Assembly (NCBI GenBank): GCA_033764955.1
Contig: JANRIL010000048.1
Coordinates: forward strand, 32,001 to 96,000
Length of the DNA: 64,000 nucleotides
From: Cyanobacteriota bacterium
GTDB taxonomy: Bacteria; Cyanobacteriota; Cyanobacteriia; Thermostichales; Thermostichaceae
Direction: 5' to 3'
Part shown: in pieces, positions 52,931 to 63,398 of the stretch
Numbering within the stretch: the stretch's first letter is position 1
How the letters are laid out: every line of letters starts with the position of its first letter
Program-made: the position numbers and the translations under genes
Notes under the pieces: model-generated
What the model saw: only the letters and a program-made list of their open reading frames with translations
Told to the model about the DNA's origin: nothing
Database searches by the model: none

Positions 52931-52949
52931 GCAAAAAAGGGATCCCTCC

Positions 52950-53768
52950 TCAAAAAATATCTTGGTTGAGCAGTTTGGAGAGCCGCTCCAAGCCCTTCTT
53001 GACCTGGCGAGAGACGGTGACAGCACTGATGCCCATCCGCTCGGCGGTTTCTTTTTGGGTCAGATCATACAAAAAGACAAACTCCAGGATGGTGCGGGTG
53101 CGCTGTTCCATCTTTTCGAGAGCCTGCCGCAGCCGCAACACATCCTCCTGGGCTAGCTGAAAACTGCGATACTGACTGTCGGGTACGAGATCTCCCAGAG
53201 AAACACTATCTTCATCCACCTGAATGGGGGCATCCAGGCTGAGCAGCAGGCTATTTTGTTGAGCCAGTTGCATTTCCCTCCATTCTGCTTCACTCAGATC
53301 GAGAGCCTGACGAACTTCCGCTTCCGAGGGGGGACGACCCAATTCTTGCCGAAGCTGGACAATGGTTTTTTTGACTTGACGGTGCAGAGCCGCCCAACGG
53401 CGCGGGATCCGCATGGTCGGACTCTTATCCCGCAGATAGTGTTGAATCTCCCCACGGATGTAGGGCATGGCGAAGGAGCTAAAGGCCAGCCCGCGGGAAA
53501 TATCGAATCGTTCAATCGCTTGAATCAACCCCAGGCAGCCTATTTGCAGCAAGTCATCATACCCCTCGTTGCATTGATTGCGCCAGTGATGCGCCTCTTT
53601 CCGCACTAACCCCAAATTTAACTCCACCAGGCGGTTGCGTAGGGTCGGAGAGGGCTGCTTCTGGTAAAGCCGCAGTAACTCAGCCGTTTTGGTTTTGATG
53701 TCGGCAGGGGGATCCATCACCTTTCCTGAAAGTGAGTGAGGGTCAAGTTCTCGGTCAGAAGCAAGCAT
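52950..53768 (-). CDS. sigF: Group 3 sigma factor SigF
   Basis: RNRLVELNLGLVRKEAHHW, FSSFAMPYIRGEIQHYLRDK, SFQLAQED, DLTQKE. Confidence 0.95.
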   Translation of the reverse strand: MLASDRELDPHSLSGKVMDPPADIKTKTAELLRLYQKQPSPTLRNRLVELNLGLVRKEAHHWRNQCNEGYDDLLQIGCLGLIQAIERFDISRGLAFSSFAMPYIRGEIQHYLRDKSPTMRIPRRWAALHRQVKKTIVQLRQELGRPPSEAEVRQALDLSEAEWREMQLAQQNSLLLSLDAPIQVDEDSVSLGDLVPDSQYRSFQLAQEDVLRLRQALEKMEQRTRTILEFVFLYDLTQKETAERMGISAVTVSRQVKKGLERLSKLLNQDIF

Positions 53769-54022
53769 AGTCTCTCAACATCAAACCTCGACAGAAGCAA
53801 GGGGCTATTGCTGGTGACCCCACCATCTTGCTTCATCATAAAGTTAGCCCTAGGGGTTTAGGAAGTTAACAAGATCACACCCGATGGGGGCAAGGCTGCC
53901 CCTGCCATCGCTGCCTTTAGTCTGGCGACTCTTTTTCCTGGTGGACAAGCGCATCCCTACGGAAAAATTTCATCTCAACCGCGCCGATTGGGCAAAGAGG
54001 CATCCGTAAAGCTTGGGATCCC

Positions 54023-54658
54023 TTGCCAGAAGTGGCTAATCTAGAGCAAAGTCTGTCGTCTGGGTTGGCTATGTCCCTGCTGGATCGCTCCTTGTTGATG
54101 GAATCGGAGTTGTTTTATGAAGATGCCCTCTGCTGGTTGGGTCGTCCCCAGGAAGTCTATCGCCTGCTGAGTGAGGCCGTTTTCCCCAGTGTTTCCACCT
54201 GGGTGCGGGGGGATGTGGATAGCCACTCCTTTAATCATTGGCAGCCGGAGGACTTACGGACATTTCTCTATCCGGTGGTGATGCTGGGGGACAACGAAAC
54301 GGCAGTTTTAAGCTGCGAAGCAATGTTGCTCTGTGGCATTGGTAATTATTACAACCCTTGCGATGTGGCGATTGTTGTGTTTGTGCAACAACCAGAGGAG
54401 TTATTCAGTCAACTGATGCAGCGAATTCGGCGAGCCGAATCGACGATTTGCCGTGGACCAGATGTACGGATGTTGTCAGAACAGGTGAATTTAGCCAAGA
54501 AAGGGCAGGACTATATCAATACTAAATATGTGGTCTGGCCCTATGCCCTTTCCAGTGCCGCCCAAGACACCTTGATCAAACAGGGATTATCCATTATCCA
54601 GCTTTCCCCCGCTGATACTTCCCGTCCGTTTGCCTTGACTAGCCCATTTTCCCGCTAA
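54023..54658 (+). CDS. Hypothetical protein
   Basis: About 200-aa globular-looking ORF filling the gap between sigF and the methyltransferase; start uncertain. Confidence 0.65.
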   Translation: MPEVANLEQSLSSGLAMSLLDRSLLMESELFYEDALCWLGRPQEVYRLLSEAVFPSVSTWVRGDVDSHSFNHWQPEDLRTFLYPVVMLGDNETAVLSCEAMLLCGIGNYYNPCDVAIVVFVQQPEELFSQLMQRIRRAESTICRGPDVRMLSEQVNLAKKGQDYINTKYVVWPYALSSAAQDTLIKQGLSIIQLSPADTSRPFALTSPFSR

Positions 54659-54681
54659 AGCAAGCGGAGGGCTGTTTATGC

Positions 54682-55239
54682 TTAAAGCTGCCAGAGATAA
54701 ATGGGATACGTGTTGATGACATCAGCCACCCCAGTCGTCCGCGTGGGGAGCCAATCTCCCAAATCAAAGGAGTGGGTGACGATTCGACTGCCAGGGCGTA
54801 ATTGGGAGCGCAGTCTCTCCCGTAGGGCAAGTTGAGTTCGGGGTAACAAATAGAGGGTAACCACCGTTGCTACGCTCAGGTCAACCGTCCGCAAATCAGC
54901 CTGCCAAAAACTCACCTGCTCCGCTACCCCTGCCTGCACTGCCTCTGCCTGAGCGATCTCGATCAGCTTGGGATCCCGCTCGATCCCCACGGCCTTGGCT
55001 CCACGGCGGGCGGCGGCGATGACAATCCGACCATCTCCACAACCCAAATCATACAGGCAATCAGCGGCGGAAACCTCCGCCAGATCAAGCATGGCCTCAA
55101 TCACCATTGGCAGGCTACGCACATAGGGAGCAAGGGTTTCTCCCACTAATTCCTGGTTGCTGGGGGCGGCAGCAACGGGATCCCTTCGTCGCTGGGGGGA
55201 CTGCCGTTGCGGGAGATTTTTGCCAAATCCGCGACCCAT
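54682..55239 (-). CDS. Class I SAM-dependent methyltransferase
   Basis: APYV, YDLGCGDGRIV, ATVVTLYL, GSRIVTHSF. Confidence 0.92.
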   Translation of the reverse strand: MGRGFGKNLPQRQSPQRRRDPVAAAPSNQELVGETLAPYVRSLPMVIEAMLDLAEVSAADCLYDLGCGDGRIVIAAARRGAKAVGIERDPKLIEIAQAEAVQAGVAEQVSFWQADLRTVDLSVATVVTLYLLPRTQLALRERLRSQLRPGSRIVTHSFDLGDWLPTRTTGVADVINTYPIYLWQL

Positions 55240-55394
55240 GAGAAGGGATCCTTGCTACAAAATGCTGGCCATTCAATCCAATTTTAAGATCCAATAGTAG
55301 GGGATCGGTTGCTCTCTCTTATTCCTGATGATTAGGCGTAGCCGTAGGCAATGGCTTCCTCTACACTGAAGGGGAGTTATCCCTTGCGTAGCCC

Positions 55395-56039
55395 ATGGTT
55401 CAGGTTTTTCAGCAGGCCTATAGCTATGCGGCTAGCCATTCCGATAGTTTATGGTTAGCCCTCCTTCAGCATCTACAACTGGTGGCTGTGCCTTTAGGGA
55501 TTGGCTTAGGACTTGGCCTGCCTTTGGGGTTATTGAGTGCCCGCTCGCAAGTCGCCTCTGCCCTTTTGATGAATGGGTTTAATACCCTACGGGTGATTCC
55601 CAGCTTAGCGATTTTATTTTTGGCGATCCCTTACTTTGGCCTCACTTTTACCTCCTCCATCCTAGCCTTGACCCTGCTGGTCATACCCCCTATTTTAATT
55701 AGCACCGATGTTGCCTTTCGCACAATTGAACCCGCGATTCGGGAGGCCGCTTTTGGCTTAGGAATGACTTCTCAACAGGTGCTTAGGCAAGTTGAGATTC
55801 CTTTAGCGCTACCCATTGTGATTGCAGGGATTAAAACCGCCACGATTGAAGTGATTGCTAGTGCTACGCTGGCTGCTTTTATTGGGGGAGGAGGACTGGG
55901 AACTTTTATTACCTTGGGGTTTGCCCTTTATGACAATGCCATTCTATTGGTGGGGGCAATTCCTGTAGCAATCTTAGCCATGACTGCGGAAATAGGATTA
56001 TCTGCTCTGCAAAAAGCGGTGCAACCTCCGACAGCTTGA
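55395..56039 (+). CDS. Osmoprotectant-type ABC transporter permease
   Basis: IPSLA, EAA loop EAAFGLGMT, ATLAAFIGGGGLG. Confidence 0.9.
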   Translation: MVQVFQQAYSYAASHSDSLWLALLQHLQLVAVPLGIGLGLGLPLGLLSARSQVASALLMNGFNTLRVIPSLAILFLAIPYFGLTFTSSILALTLLVIPPILISTDVAFRTIEPAIREAAFGLGMTSQQVLRQVEIPLALPIVIAGIKTATIEVIASATLAAFIGGGGLGTFITLGFALYDNAILLVGAIPVAILAMTAEIGLSALQKAVQPPTA

Positions 56040-56317
56040 TATATCCCTATCTTGGCTTGAATTGGGGTTGGAACCCGTGGCTGCTCCCTCGGTTGTTACC
56101 AAGGCAGTTGGTTCTCCCATCACAAACAAGATCAAATGATGGTAGTGTCGTAGGGCTAGGGGTTCTCAAGAGGATCCCTATACTTAGCGTTTGAGTGGCT
56201 TGCTAAACTGTCTTGCTAGCCGTGTGGATCCCATTGGGGAGAATACTACTCTCACAAGGGATTTTTGCAAGATGTTGATGGCCAAACCCCCCTGAATATG
56301 AGAGGTTTCAGCAGATC

Positions 56318-57361
56318 ATGAGCACGAAAACCCCCACCCAAAACCCATCCGCTCAGTTGTTGAGCATTGACTTGGGACGTACCTCCACCAAGGCTTGCAT
56401 TAGCCGTCAGCCCGAAGATGTTGTATTGATTCCTGCCAATGTTGCCCACCTCTCTGTGGAAGAAGTTCGGCGGGGGGGATTTGCTTTTCGTCCCTCGGAT
56501 CCGCTACTCGATATTTGGTTGGAATATCAAGGCAAAGGATATGCCATTGGTCAATTAGCCGCCGATTTTGGTGCCAATTTGGGGGTAGGACAATCCAAAG
56601 TTGCCGATGCTCTGATCAAAGTTTTTGCCTGTATTGGCAATTTTGATCTCAAGCAAGATCTGCTGGTGGTGTTAGGGATCCCCTATCTTTCACAAGAACA
56701 GTTTGACAAAGAAAAAGAAGAAATTACTAGCCTATTACAAGGCCCCCATGTGATGGCTTTTCGTGGTCAAGATCGAGCCGTAGCTATCCAACAGGTGTGG
56801 GTGATGCCAGAGGGGTATGGCAGCCTGATTTGGTGTGAAGGACAGAAGAAAGACTATTTCAGCAATTTATCGGTGGCCGTGATTGATATTGGACATCAAA
56901 CCACAGATTTCTTAATGGTGGATCGCTTTCGTTTTGCCAGGGGAATTTCGATGAGTGAATCCTTTGGTATGAATGAATTTTATGTGCAGGTGGCCGAGAA
57001 AATTCCGGGGGCGGATAGTCAGTCCCTTTCCTTAATTGAAGGGGTGAATCGTCCTCAAGGCAAGCGCTTTTATCGTCCACGGGGAGCAACCAAACCGACT
57101 CCTTTGGATGATATCCTGCCGGAGCTGCGCAAAAAATTTGCCCGCGAACTGTCTCAACGACTGTTGGCTTGGCTGCCGGAACGAGCCACCGATGTGATTG
57201 TGACGGGGGGAGGAGGTGAATTCTTTTGGGACGATCTGCGGCCTTTGTTGGAGGAAGCTGCCCTCACCCCGCACTTAGCGGAACACTCCCGCACCGCTAA
57301 CGCCCTGGGGCAATATATCTATGGAGAAGTGCAATTATCATCGGTGGGAAATACCCCCTAA
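56318..57361 (+). CDS. ParM/StbA-family actin-like ATPase
   Basis: IDLGRTSTK, VMPEGYG, IDIGHQTTD, VTGGGG. Confidence 0.9.
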   Translation: MSTKTPTQNPSAQLLSIDLGRTSTKACISRQPEDVVLIPANVAHLSVEEVRRGGFAFRPSDPLLDIWLEYQGKGYAIGQLAADFGANLGVGQSKVADALIKVFACIGNFDLKQDLLVVLGIPYLSQEQFDKEKEEITSLLQGPHVMAFRGQDRAVAIQQVWVMPEGYGSLIWCEGQKKDYFSNLSVAVIDIGHQTTDFLMVDRFRFARGISMSESFGMNEFYVQVAEKIPGADSQSLSLIEGVNRPQGKRFYRPRGATKPTPLDDILPELRKKFARELSQRLLAWLPERATDVIVTGGGGEFFWDDLRPLLEEAALTPHLAEHSRTANALGQYIYGEVQLSSVGNTP

Positions 57362-57415
57362 TGGAGGGAGCATGGAGCTATTCGAGCGCAGCCTATTGAG
57401 CCAGGGATAGAAGTT

Positions 57416-57883
57416 ATGGCTACCACCAAAAAAATTACGGTGTCGTTTAGCTCTGCTGATGATCTGGAGTTATTAGAACGGATTGAGTTGCAGGTGGGAT
57501 CCCTATCCTCTGGCAATTTCAGTGAGTTATGCAAACAGGCTTTACGGGCTTTTTTGGCCTCTACTCCTCCAGCCACCTTGCCTGGGGAGGACTCCGCCGT
57601 TGGGAGAGCTGAGAGTGACGCGGTTGTGAATGAAGTTGTTTTGGCGGATCCGGCCATCGCCATCATGCAACAGCAACTCATAGCTCTCGACGAACGCCTG
57701 AGAAGCTTGGAGTCTGGGCAACAACGCCTACCCAAATTAGAAAAAGAACTGAGTAAGCTTGCCCAGGCTGTGCAAGCCCTGCGAGAACCCTCGGTAGAGG
57801 CTCCCCAGCCCACTCCAGCTAAGCCTGACTACAGTCGGGATCCATTGTTATCCCGGTTAGGCCCCCTTTTGGAAAGTTTTTAG
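57416..57883 (+). CDS. ParR-like adaptor (ribbon-helix-helix-like N-terminus, coiled coil)
   Basis: KKITVSF strand, helices, FSELCKQAL; directly downstream of the ParM-like gene. Confidence 0.65.
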   Translation: MATTKKITVSFSSADDLELLERIELQVGSLSSGNFSELCKQALRAFLASTPPATLPGEDSAVGRAESDAVVNEVVLADPAIAIMQQQLIALDERLRSLESGQQRLPKLEKELSKLAQAVQALREPSVEAPQPTPAKPDYSRDPLLSRLGPLLESF

Positions 57884-57996
57884 CCTGGGGAATGAAGCTG
57901 ATAGCCACGGGATCCCCCCATCGTGGGGGACACTCTCCCTGAGGTTTCCGGGTATGTTGACAATATAGAAAAAGCATTCTCAGGAACCCATTTTTT

Positions 57997-58299
57997 ATGA
58001 ATTCCAAGCCTCGCTTGTCGGTTCAGCCTGATCAATTTTTGACTGCTCCTGCTTTAGCAAAATCTCATGCTCATCGCTTGGCTTTGGTCTCTGGAAAAGC
58101 TTCGGGATCCCCTATTGGTTCCTTCTCCCTCTCGGTTCAAGCATGGCGGATCGGCTGGCAACAAACTCAGCAATTCTTCCTCAAGCTTTGGCAAAAGCCT
58201 GCCCACCGCTCTCAACGGGAAAAAAATATGATCAAAGGACTGTTGGCACTCGCTGGAGCCGTCCTGATGGTGGATGTTGTTCTAGCCAGTGTCCTATAG
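57997..58299 (+). CDS. Hypothetical protein with C-terminal TM helix
   Basis: Basic stretch followed by hydrophobic C-terminus. Confidence 0.45.
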   Translation: MNSKPRLSVQPDQFLTAPALAKSHAHRLALVSGKASGSPIGSFSLSVQAWRIGWQQTQQFFLKLWQKPAHRSQREKNMIKGLLALAGAVLMVDVVLASVL

Positions 58300-58351
58300 A
58301 GCTTTCTAGATGGGTTGATAGCGGTCTGGGTTCGTCCTACAAAACGACTGG

Positions 58352-59611
58352 CTAGCGACCTTTCACCATGTTGGCTCGGCGCACCACCGCATCCAGCGTC
58401 ACCGCCATCAACAAAACCAACCCTTGTACCAGGTTTTTGACCCCTTGATCTTGGTTAAGTAGGGTAAGGCCATTCTCCAGGCTGCCGATCACGAGGGATC
58501 CCAAAATCACCGCCCAAACCGAGCCGCGCCCCCCAAACAGGCTGACCCCGCCGATCACCGCAGCGGCAATGGCATTGAGTAACAGGGTGGGATCAATCTG
58601 GGACGCAACGGCGGTAGCACGGGAGGCGGCTAAAATGCCTCCCACCGCGGCGAGGGTGGAGGCAATGGCAAAGATGGCCAAACGGATCCCCACCACATTG
58701 ATGCCGACTCGACGAGCCGCTTCAGCATTTCCTCCCACAGCATAGATGTGCCGACCAAAACTTGTGCGGGTGGTAATCAGCCAAAACAGGATGATAATGG
58801 CCATCATGATGGCAAAGGAGAGGGGAACTCCCTGATACTGAGCCAGCAGATACAGCAGGGATCCCACCACCACTATTAAGCTTGCCAGTTGAAGAGTCAG
58901 CTCTAGGCGGCTGCGGGTTTTCAGCCCCAAGCTGTCACGACTGAGATGATTGCCAATTAAAGCTGCCGCATACAACCCCACCGCCACCACGGGAAGGCCA
59001 ATGCCATAAATGGGATCCAAAAAGATGCCGGATCCCCCTAGGACACGGATAGTTTCGGCTCGAATAATCAGAGTGGTTTGGGGAGCAAGCACCAATAGCA
59101 CCAATCCGGCATAGGCAATGCTGCCCGCCAAGGTCACAATAAAAGAGGGAACTCGTAGAATCGCAATAAAAAAGCCATTCAACAGACCCATCAGCGTGCC
59201 CGACAAAATGCCCACCCCAATCGCCAAGACAGGTGGCCACGCCAACCGTTCTGATAAAACTGCCATAATCGCGGCACAAGCGCTGGAGACAGCCGCCAGC
59301 GATAAATCAATTTCTCCCAGTAACAAGACCATGACGGCAGCCACGGCCAAAACACCAATCCGCACAATTTGCAGGAGCAGATTCGAGAGATTGCGTGGAT
59401 CCAAAAACACCCCATCCGTAGCAATTTGAAAGTAAATCACAATGGCAATCAGGGTGAGAATAACAGGAATAAACCCTAAATCTAAGCGAATCAAATCTTT
59501 GAAGGTTAGGGGTTTAGCTTCGATAGGAACGGTACCTGCCAACCCCTGGAGAGGAGGAGTAGCAGGGGTAGGAGGAGAAGAGTCGGAAGGGGAAGGAAGC
59601 GTTTCACTCAT
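58352..59611 (-). CDS. Sugar ABC transporter permease (XylH/GguB-like)
   Basis: GEIDLS, VPSFIVTL, FGRHIYAVGGNAEAA, IAAAVIGGVSLFGGRG. Confidence 0.93.
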   Translation of the reverse strand: MSETLPSPSDSSPPTPATPPLQGLAGTVPIEAKPLTFKDLIRLDLGFIPVILTLIAIVIYFQIATDGVFLDPRNLSNLLLQIVRIGVLAVAAVMVLLLGEIDLSLAAVSSACAAIMAVLSERLAWPPVLAIGVGILSGTLMGLLNGFFIAILRVPSFIVTLAGSIAYAGLVLLVLAPQTTLIIRAETIRVLGGSGIFLDPIYGIGLPVVAVGLYAAALIGNHLSRDSLGLKTRSRLELTLQLASLIVVVGSLLYLLAQYQGVPLSFAIMMAIIILFWLITTRTSFGRHIYAVGGNAEAARRVGINVVGIRLAIFAIASTLAAVGGILAASRATAVASQIDPTLLLNAIAAAVIGGVSLFGGRGSVWAVILGSLVIGSLENGLTLLNQDQGVKNLVQGLVLLMAVTLDAVVRRANMVKGR

Positions 59612-59713
59612 GGCTAAATAAAGTTCTGAAACCCTCAATCACGATAAGAACTAATGCTAAAGATTTGGCAACAACGATCCGTCAATGCCTTGCCTTGGCA
59701 TCGACAAGGGATC

Positions 59714-60523
59714 CTAGGCCGCTACATCCCCCACTTCCGGTTCGGGATCCCCGCCGGAGGCTCCGGTGATGGCCGCCACAATTTGTTCGGAGGTTGTGGT
59801 TTGGATATCAAAAGTGGCAACCCGCCGCCCCAAACGCATCACGGTTACTCGATCCACCACCTCAAACACATCGTGTAAGTTGTGGGAGATCACCACCACT
59901 GCCAATCCCTGCTCTCGCAAGCGTTTGATTAGGTTCAAGACTTGGCGAGTTTGCGCGACCCCAAGGGCGGCTGTCGGTTCATCCAAGAGCACCACCTTAG
60001 GATCCCGTAGGATAGTTTTGGCAACGGCAATCGACTGTCGTTGTCCACCACTGAGAGCAGCCACCGGTAAGCGCACCGAGCGAATTTTTACGTCGAGTTT
60101 TTGCAGCACTTCTAGTGTGCGTCGCTCCATCTCGTTCTCATTGAGTGGTTCTAGCAACCACGGGATCCAGGATCGCTTAGCTTCTCGTCCCAAATAAAGG
60201 TTGGCCACCACATCGAGGTTGTCGCAGAGAGCCAAATCTTGATAGACAGTCTCAATGCCGTGGCGAGTGGCCTCTTGGGGGGTATGAAACGTAACGGGTT
60301 TGCCCTCAATCAGGATTTGACCTTCATCCGGTTGATAGGCTCCCGACATGACCTTAATTAGAGTGGATTTTCCAGCACCATTATCCCCCACCAGACCCAC
60401 CACTTCTCCGCCAGAAACCTCAAAATCGACATTGTTGAGGGCTTGAATGGCTCCAAAGCTTTTGGAGATGCCCCGCAAAGCCAAACGGGGGGGAGGGGAT
60501 CCTTGCGTGATATGACTGACCAT
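59714..60523 (-). CDS. Sugar ABC transporter ATP-binding protein
   Basis: GDNGAGKST, LSGGQRQ, LLDEPTAALG; start ATG 60523 chosen. Confidence 0.93.
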   Translation of the reverse strand: MVSHITQGSPPPRLALRGISKSFGAIQALNNVDFEVSGGEVVGLVGDNGAGKSTLIKVMSGAYQPDEGQILIEGKPVTFHTPQEATRHGIETVYQDLALCDNLDVVANLYLGREAKRSWIPWLLEPLNENEMERRTLEVLQKLDVKIRSVRLPVAALSGGQRQSIAVAKTILRDPKVVLLDEPTAALGVAQTRQVLNLIKRLREQGLAVVVISHNLHDVFEVVDRVTVMRLGRRVATFDIQTTTSEQIVAAITGASGGDPEPEVGDVAA

Positions 60524-60669
60524 AGCCGTGTGATGACCTACCTTGTGTTGCGCTTTTTTGGGAGCTTTGGCTAAGAGATCCCCAGCCCAGGGCTGACGAG
60601 ACTGAACCAGTCGATCCCAGCCCAGTTTGCGTGAGTCGGGATCCCTCAAGCCAGTTCTGGGCAGCACCC

Positions 60670-61776
60670 TTATGGGCACAACCCCGCCGTACCGGAGGGC
60701 AAGCCTTTGCAGACCTCCTCCAGACTGACAAATCCGTCCTTAATCACCGTATCGGCCACATTATCCTTGGTGACGGTAACAGGAGAGAGGAGTAGCGAGG
60801 GGATTTCGACTCCATTGCGGTTTTTCACCCTGGTGGTGGCAATTTTACTGGTATCTTCTCCCTTGACCAGAGCGACCACCAGATCAACCGTAGCCTGGGC
60901 TTCGGCTGGGATCGGCTTGTAAACCGTCATGCCTTGATCGCCGGTCAAAATATTTTGGATGCCAGCCACCGTAGCGTCTTGCCCTGTCACCAAGACCTTG
61001 CCATTCAATTGCTGGGCACGCAATGCCGCAATCACACTATTGGCCATTCCATCATTAGCCACATAGGCAATCTGCACGTCATTTTTCTCTTTGGTGAGGG
61101 CACCCTCCATATTGGCTTGGGCTGTGGCATTGTTCCAGTCGGGGGTGTATTGGTCATAGACAATATCGATTTCCCCCTGATCGGCAAGGGGTTGTAGCTT
61201 GCTGATGGCTCCTTCGCGGAAAAGAATGGCGTTGTTATCGGTTTGGGATCCGTTGATCATCACCAGCTTGTCACCTTTTTGATAGTTGCTGGCAATCCAC
61301 TCCCCTTGCAACTCACCCACCTTGAAATTGTCAAACGAGACATAAAAAGCCAGATCATCTGACTGAATCAGACGGTCATAGGAGATCACGGGTACACCAC
61401 TGGCTTTGGCCTGGGAGACGATGGCTCCCGCCGCATCGGAATCTTTTGGATCCAAGATCATGATGCAGGCTCCCTTCGCCAGAGCCGCTTCTGCTTGATT
61501 TTGTTGGGTGGCGGCATTGTTGTTGGCATTGGCATAGGAAATGGTGACCTCAGGTAAAGCCGCCTTTAGTCCTGCTTCTAGCAAGGGACGGTCATAGGCT
61601 TCATAACGCGCTGAGGAATCACTTTCTGGCAACAAAATGGCAATGTTATTACAGCCTTTTGCTTTTTCAAATCCATCCAGGGTTTGACTGTAAGCCTGTG
61701 TCATCCAGCCCATCCCTATTGACATACAGGCTAGCCCGCTCATCGAAAGCAATTGCCCTACTTTTTTCACGAACAT
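60670..61776 (-). CDS. Sugar ABC transporter substrate-binding protein (XylF/ChvE-like)
   Basis: SARYE..D, ISYDRLI, VSFDNFKVG, ANDGMA, TGQDA, TVYKP. Confidence 0.93.
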   Translation of the reverse strand: MFVKKVGQLLSMSGLACMSIGMGWMTQAYSQTLDGFEKAKGCNNIAILLPESDSSARYEAYDRPLLEAGLKAALPEVTISYANANNNAATQQNQAEAALAKGACIMILDPKDSDAAGAIVSQAKASGVPVISYDRLIQSDDLAFYVSFDNFKVGELQGEWIASNYQKGDKLVMINGSQTDNNAILFREGAISKLQPLADQGEIDIVYDQYTPDWNNATAQANMEGALTKEKNDVQIAYVANDGMANSVIAALRAQQLNGKVLVTGQDATVAGIQNILTGDQGMTVYKPIPAEAQATVDLVVALVKGEDTSKIATTRVKNRNGVEIPSLLLSPVTVTKDNVADTVIKDGFVSLEEVCKGLPSGTAGLCP

Positions 61777-62118
61777 TTCTGTTCTTCCTTAAAACAAAGA
61801 ATCCAACTCAACAAAAATAACAAATTGGGATCCCTTTACCCAATAAGCATTCTCAGAGTTATGTGGAAAAATTTATAGCAAAAAACAAAACTATAAGCCA
61901 ACCAGATAAAAACCCAGATCAAGCAAACAAAAGTTAAACGCCCAAGGAGGGACATCTAAATATCTTCATAAAGAATTCTAAACATTTTTGGTTACCACTT
62001 ATTTTTTATTCTAAGAGAATTTGATGTCCAAAATTACCAAATATTTACGTAAGTGTAGATAACCGACTACAGCTATCCCCCTACATCCCTGATATGACCA
62101 ATCCCCAGCCACCAACGC

Positions 62119-62150
62119 AAAAGGCGTAGGGATCCCTGTCCTTACGCCTT
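62119..62150 (-). terminator. Rho-independent terminator after tal
   Basis: AAGGCGTAGGGA-loop-TCCTTACGCCTT stem; short T run on the minus strand; contains GGGATCCC. Confidence 0.65.
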
Positions 62151-62225
62151 ACTTAACGATTCTGGTGATGCTCAGACCCTCCTGAGCAGGAGCAACGGGG
62201 TCAGGGTTCTAGCCTGTTAGTGGGC

Positions 62226-63398
62226 TTAGCGTAGATAAACCGCCGCCCCCAACCCCACCAACATTTCTTCGGGCGTGATTTTGCCATCTTTGTTGACATC
62301 AAGGGCATCAAACACCAGATCCACCCCCATCCATTCCTCGCGGGTGATAAAGCCGTCGCCATCCAGGTCATAGACCCGAAAGACATCTTGAGCGGCATGG
62401 GTGATCAGATCGGATCCCTCCAGTTTGGCAAGGCGAGCCTCCAGCAAACTCTCTAAAGCCACCAATGCTTTAGAAAAGCCGTTGATCCCCTCCTCTAGCT
62501 TGTCGCTGGCCATCCGATCCTCAGCGTGCATCCGATCAAAGGTGGCCTTGTCCATGAGCAGTTTCTCCATCTCCATCGCTTGGGCTTTGCTGGGATCCAA
62601 TCGGCGAGGCAGATCTCCAGTGGCTTGTTGTAGCTCATTCAGTAGCGCAGGTGAGATGGTCAGCAGATCACAGCCCGCCAACTCGGTAATTTCGCCCATA
62701 TTGCGGAAGCTTGCCCCCATCACCTCGGTTTTGAAGCCAAATTTGCGGAAGTAGTTATAAATGCGCGTCACCGACAGTACCCCCGGATCTTCATGAGGAG
62801 GATAGCTATCCCGACCCGTCTCTTTTTTATACCAATCCAAAATTCTGCCCACAAAGGGGGAAATCAGCGTCACCCCTGCTTCGGCGCAGGCAATCGCTTG
62901 GTGCAGTCCAAACAGGAGGGTGAGATTGCAGTGGATCCCCTCTTTCTCTAGGATCTCAGCGGCACGGATCCCTTCCCAGGTAGAGGCGATTTTGATCAAG
63001 ACGCGGTTGGGATCCGCTCCAGCCGCCTTGTATTGCTCAATCAGATAGTGGGCTTTGGCAACAGTAGCCTCAGTGTCGTAGGAAAGTCGGGCATCCACTT
63101 CGGTGGAAACACGCCCCGGCACAATATCCAAAATGCGTAGTCCAAAAGCAACCGCCAGTTGATCAATTGCCCGTGAAACCACCTCCTTGCGCTCCGCCAA
63201 GGATCCCACTTCCTGTCTGGATTGCCGTAGGGTTTGATCGACAATCTCTTGGTATTGCTCCATTTGGGCGGCTGCCGTAATCAAGGAGGGATTGGTGGTG
63301 GCATCCCGTGGCTTGAAGGTTTCGATAGCCTTGATGTCTCCCGTATCAGCCACCACGACGGTCATCTCACGCAGTTGGTCGAGCAGGCTTTTGGTCAT
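62226..63398 (-). CDS. tal: Transaldolase with C-terminal EF-hand pair
   Basis: [45 protein letters not shown] and [12 protein letters not shown]. Confidence 0.98.
   Translation of the reverse strand: MTKSLLDQLREMTVVVADTGDIKAIETFKPRDATTNPSLITAAAQMEQYQEIVDQTLRQSRQEVGSLAERKEVVSRAIDQLAVAFGLRILDIVPGRVSTEVDARLSYDTEATVAKAHYLIEQYKAAGADPNRVLIKIASTWEGIRAAEILEKEGIHCNLTLLFGLHQAIACAEAGVTLISPFVGRILDWYKKETGRDSYPPHEDPGVLSVTRIYNYFRKFGFKTEVMGASFRNMGEITELAGCDLLTISPALLNELQQATGDLPRRLDPSKAQAMEMEKLLMDKATFDRMHAEDRMASDKLEEGINGFSKALVALESLLEARLAKLEGSDLITHAAQDVFRVYDLDGDGFITREEWMGVDLVFDALDVNKDGKITPEEMLVGLGAAVYLR

Noticed and set aside
56040..56317. parC iterons upstream of parM
   Set aside because: Only two CTTGCTA copies; not an array.
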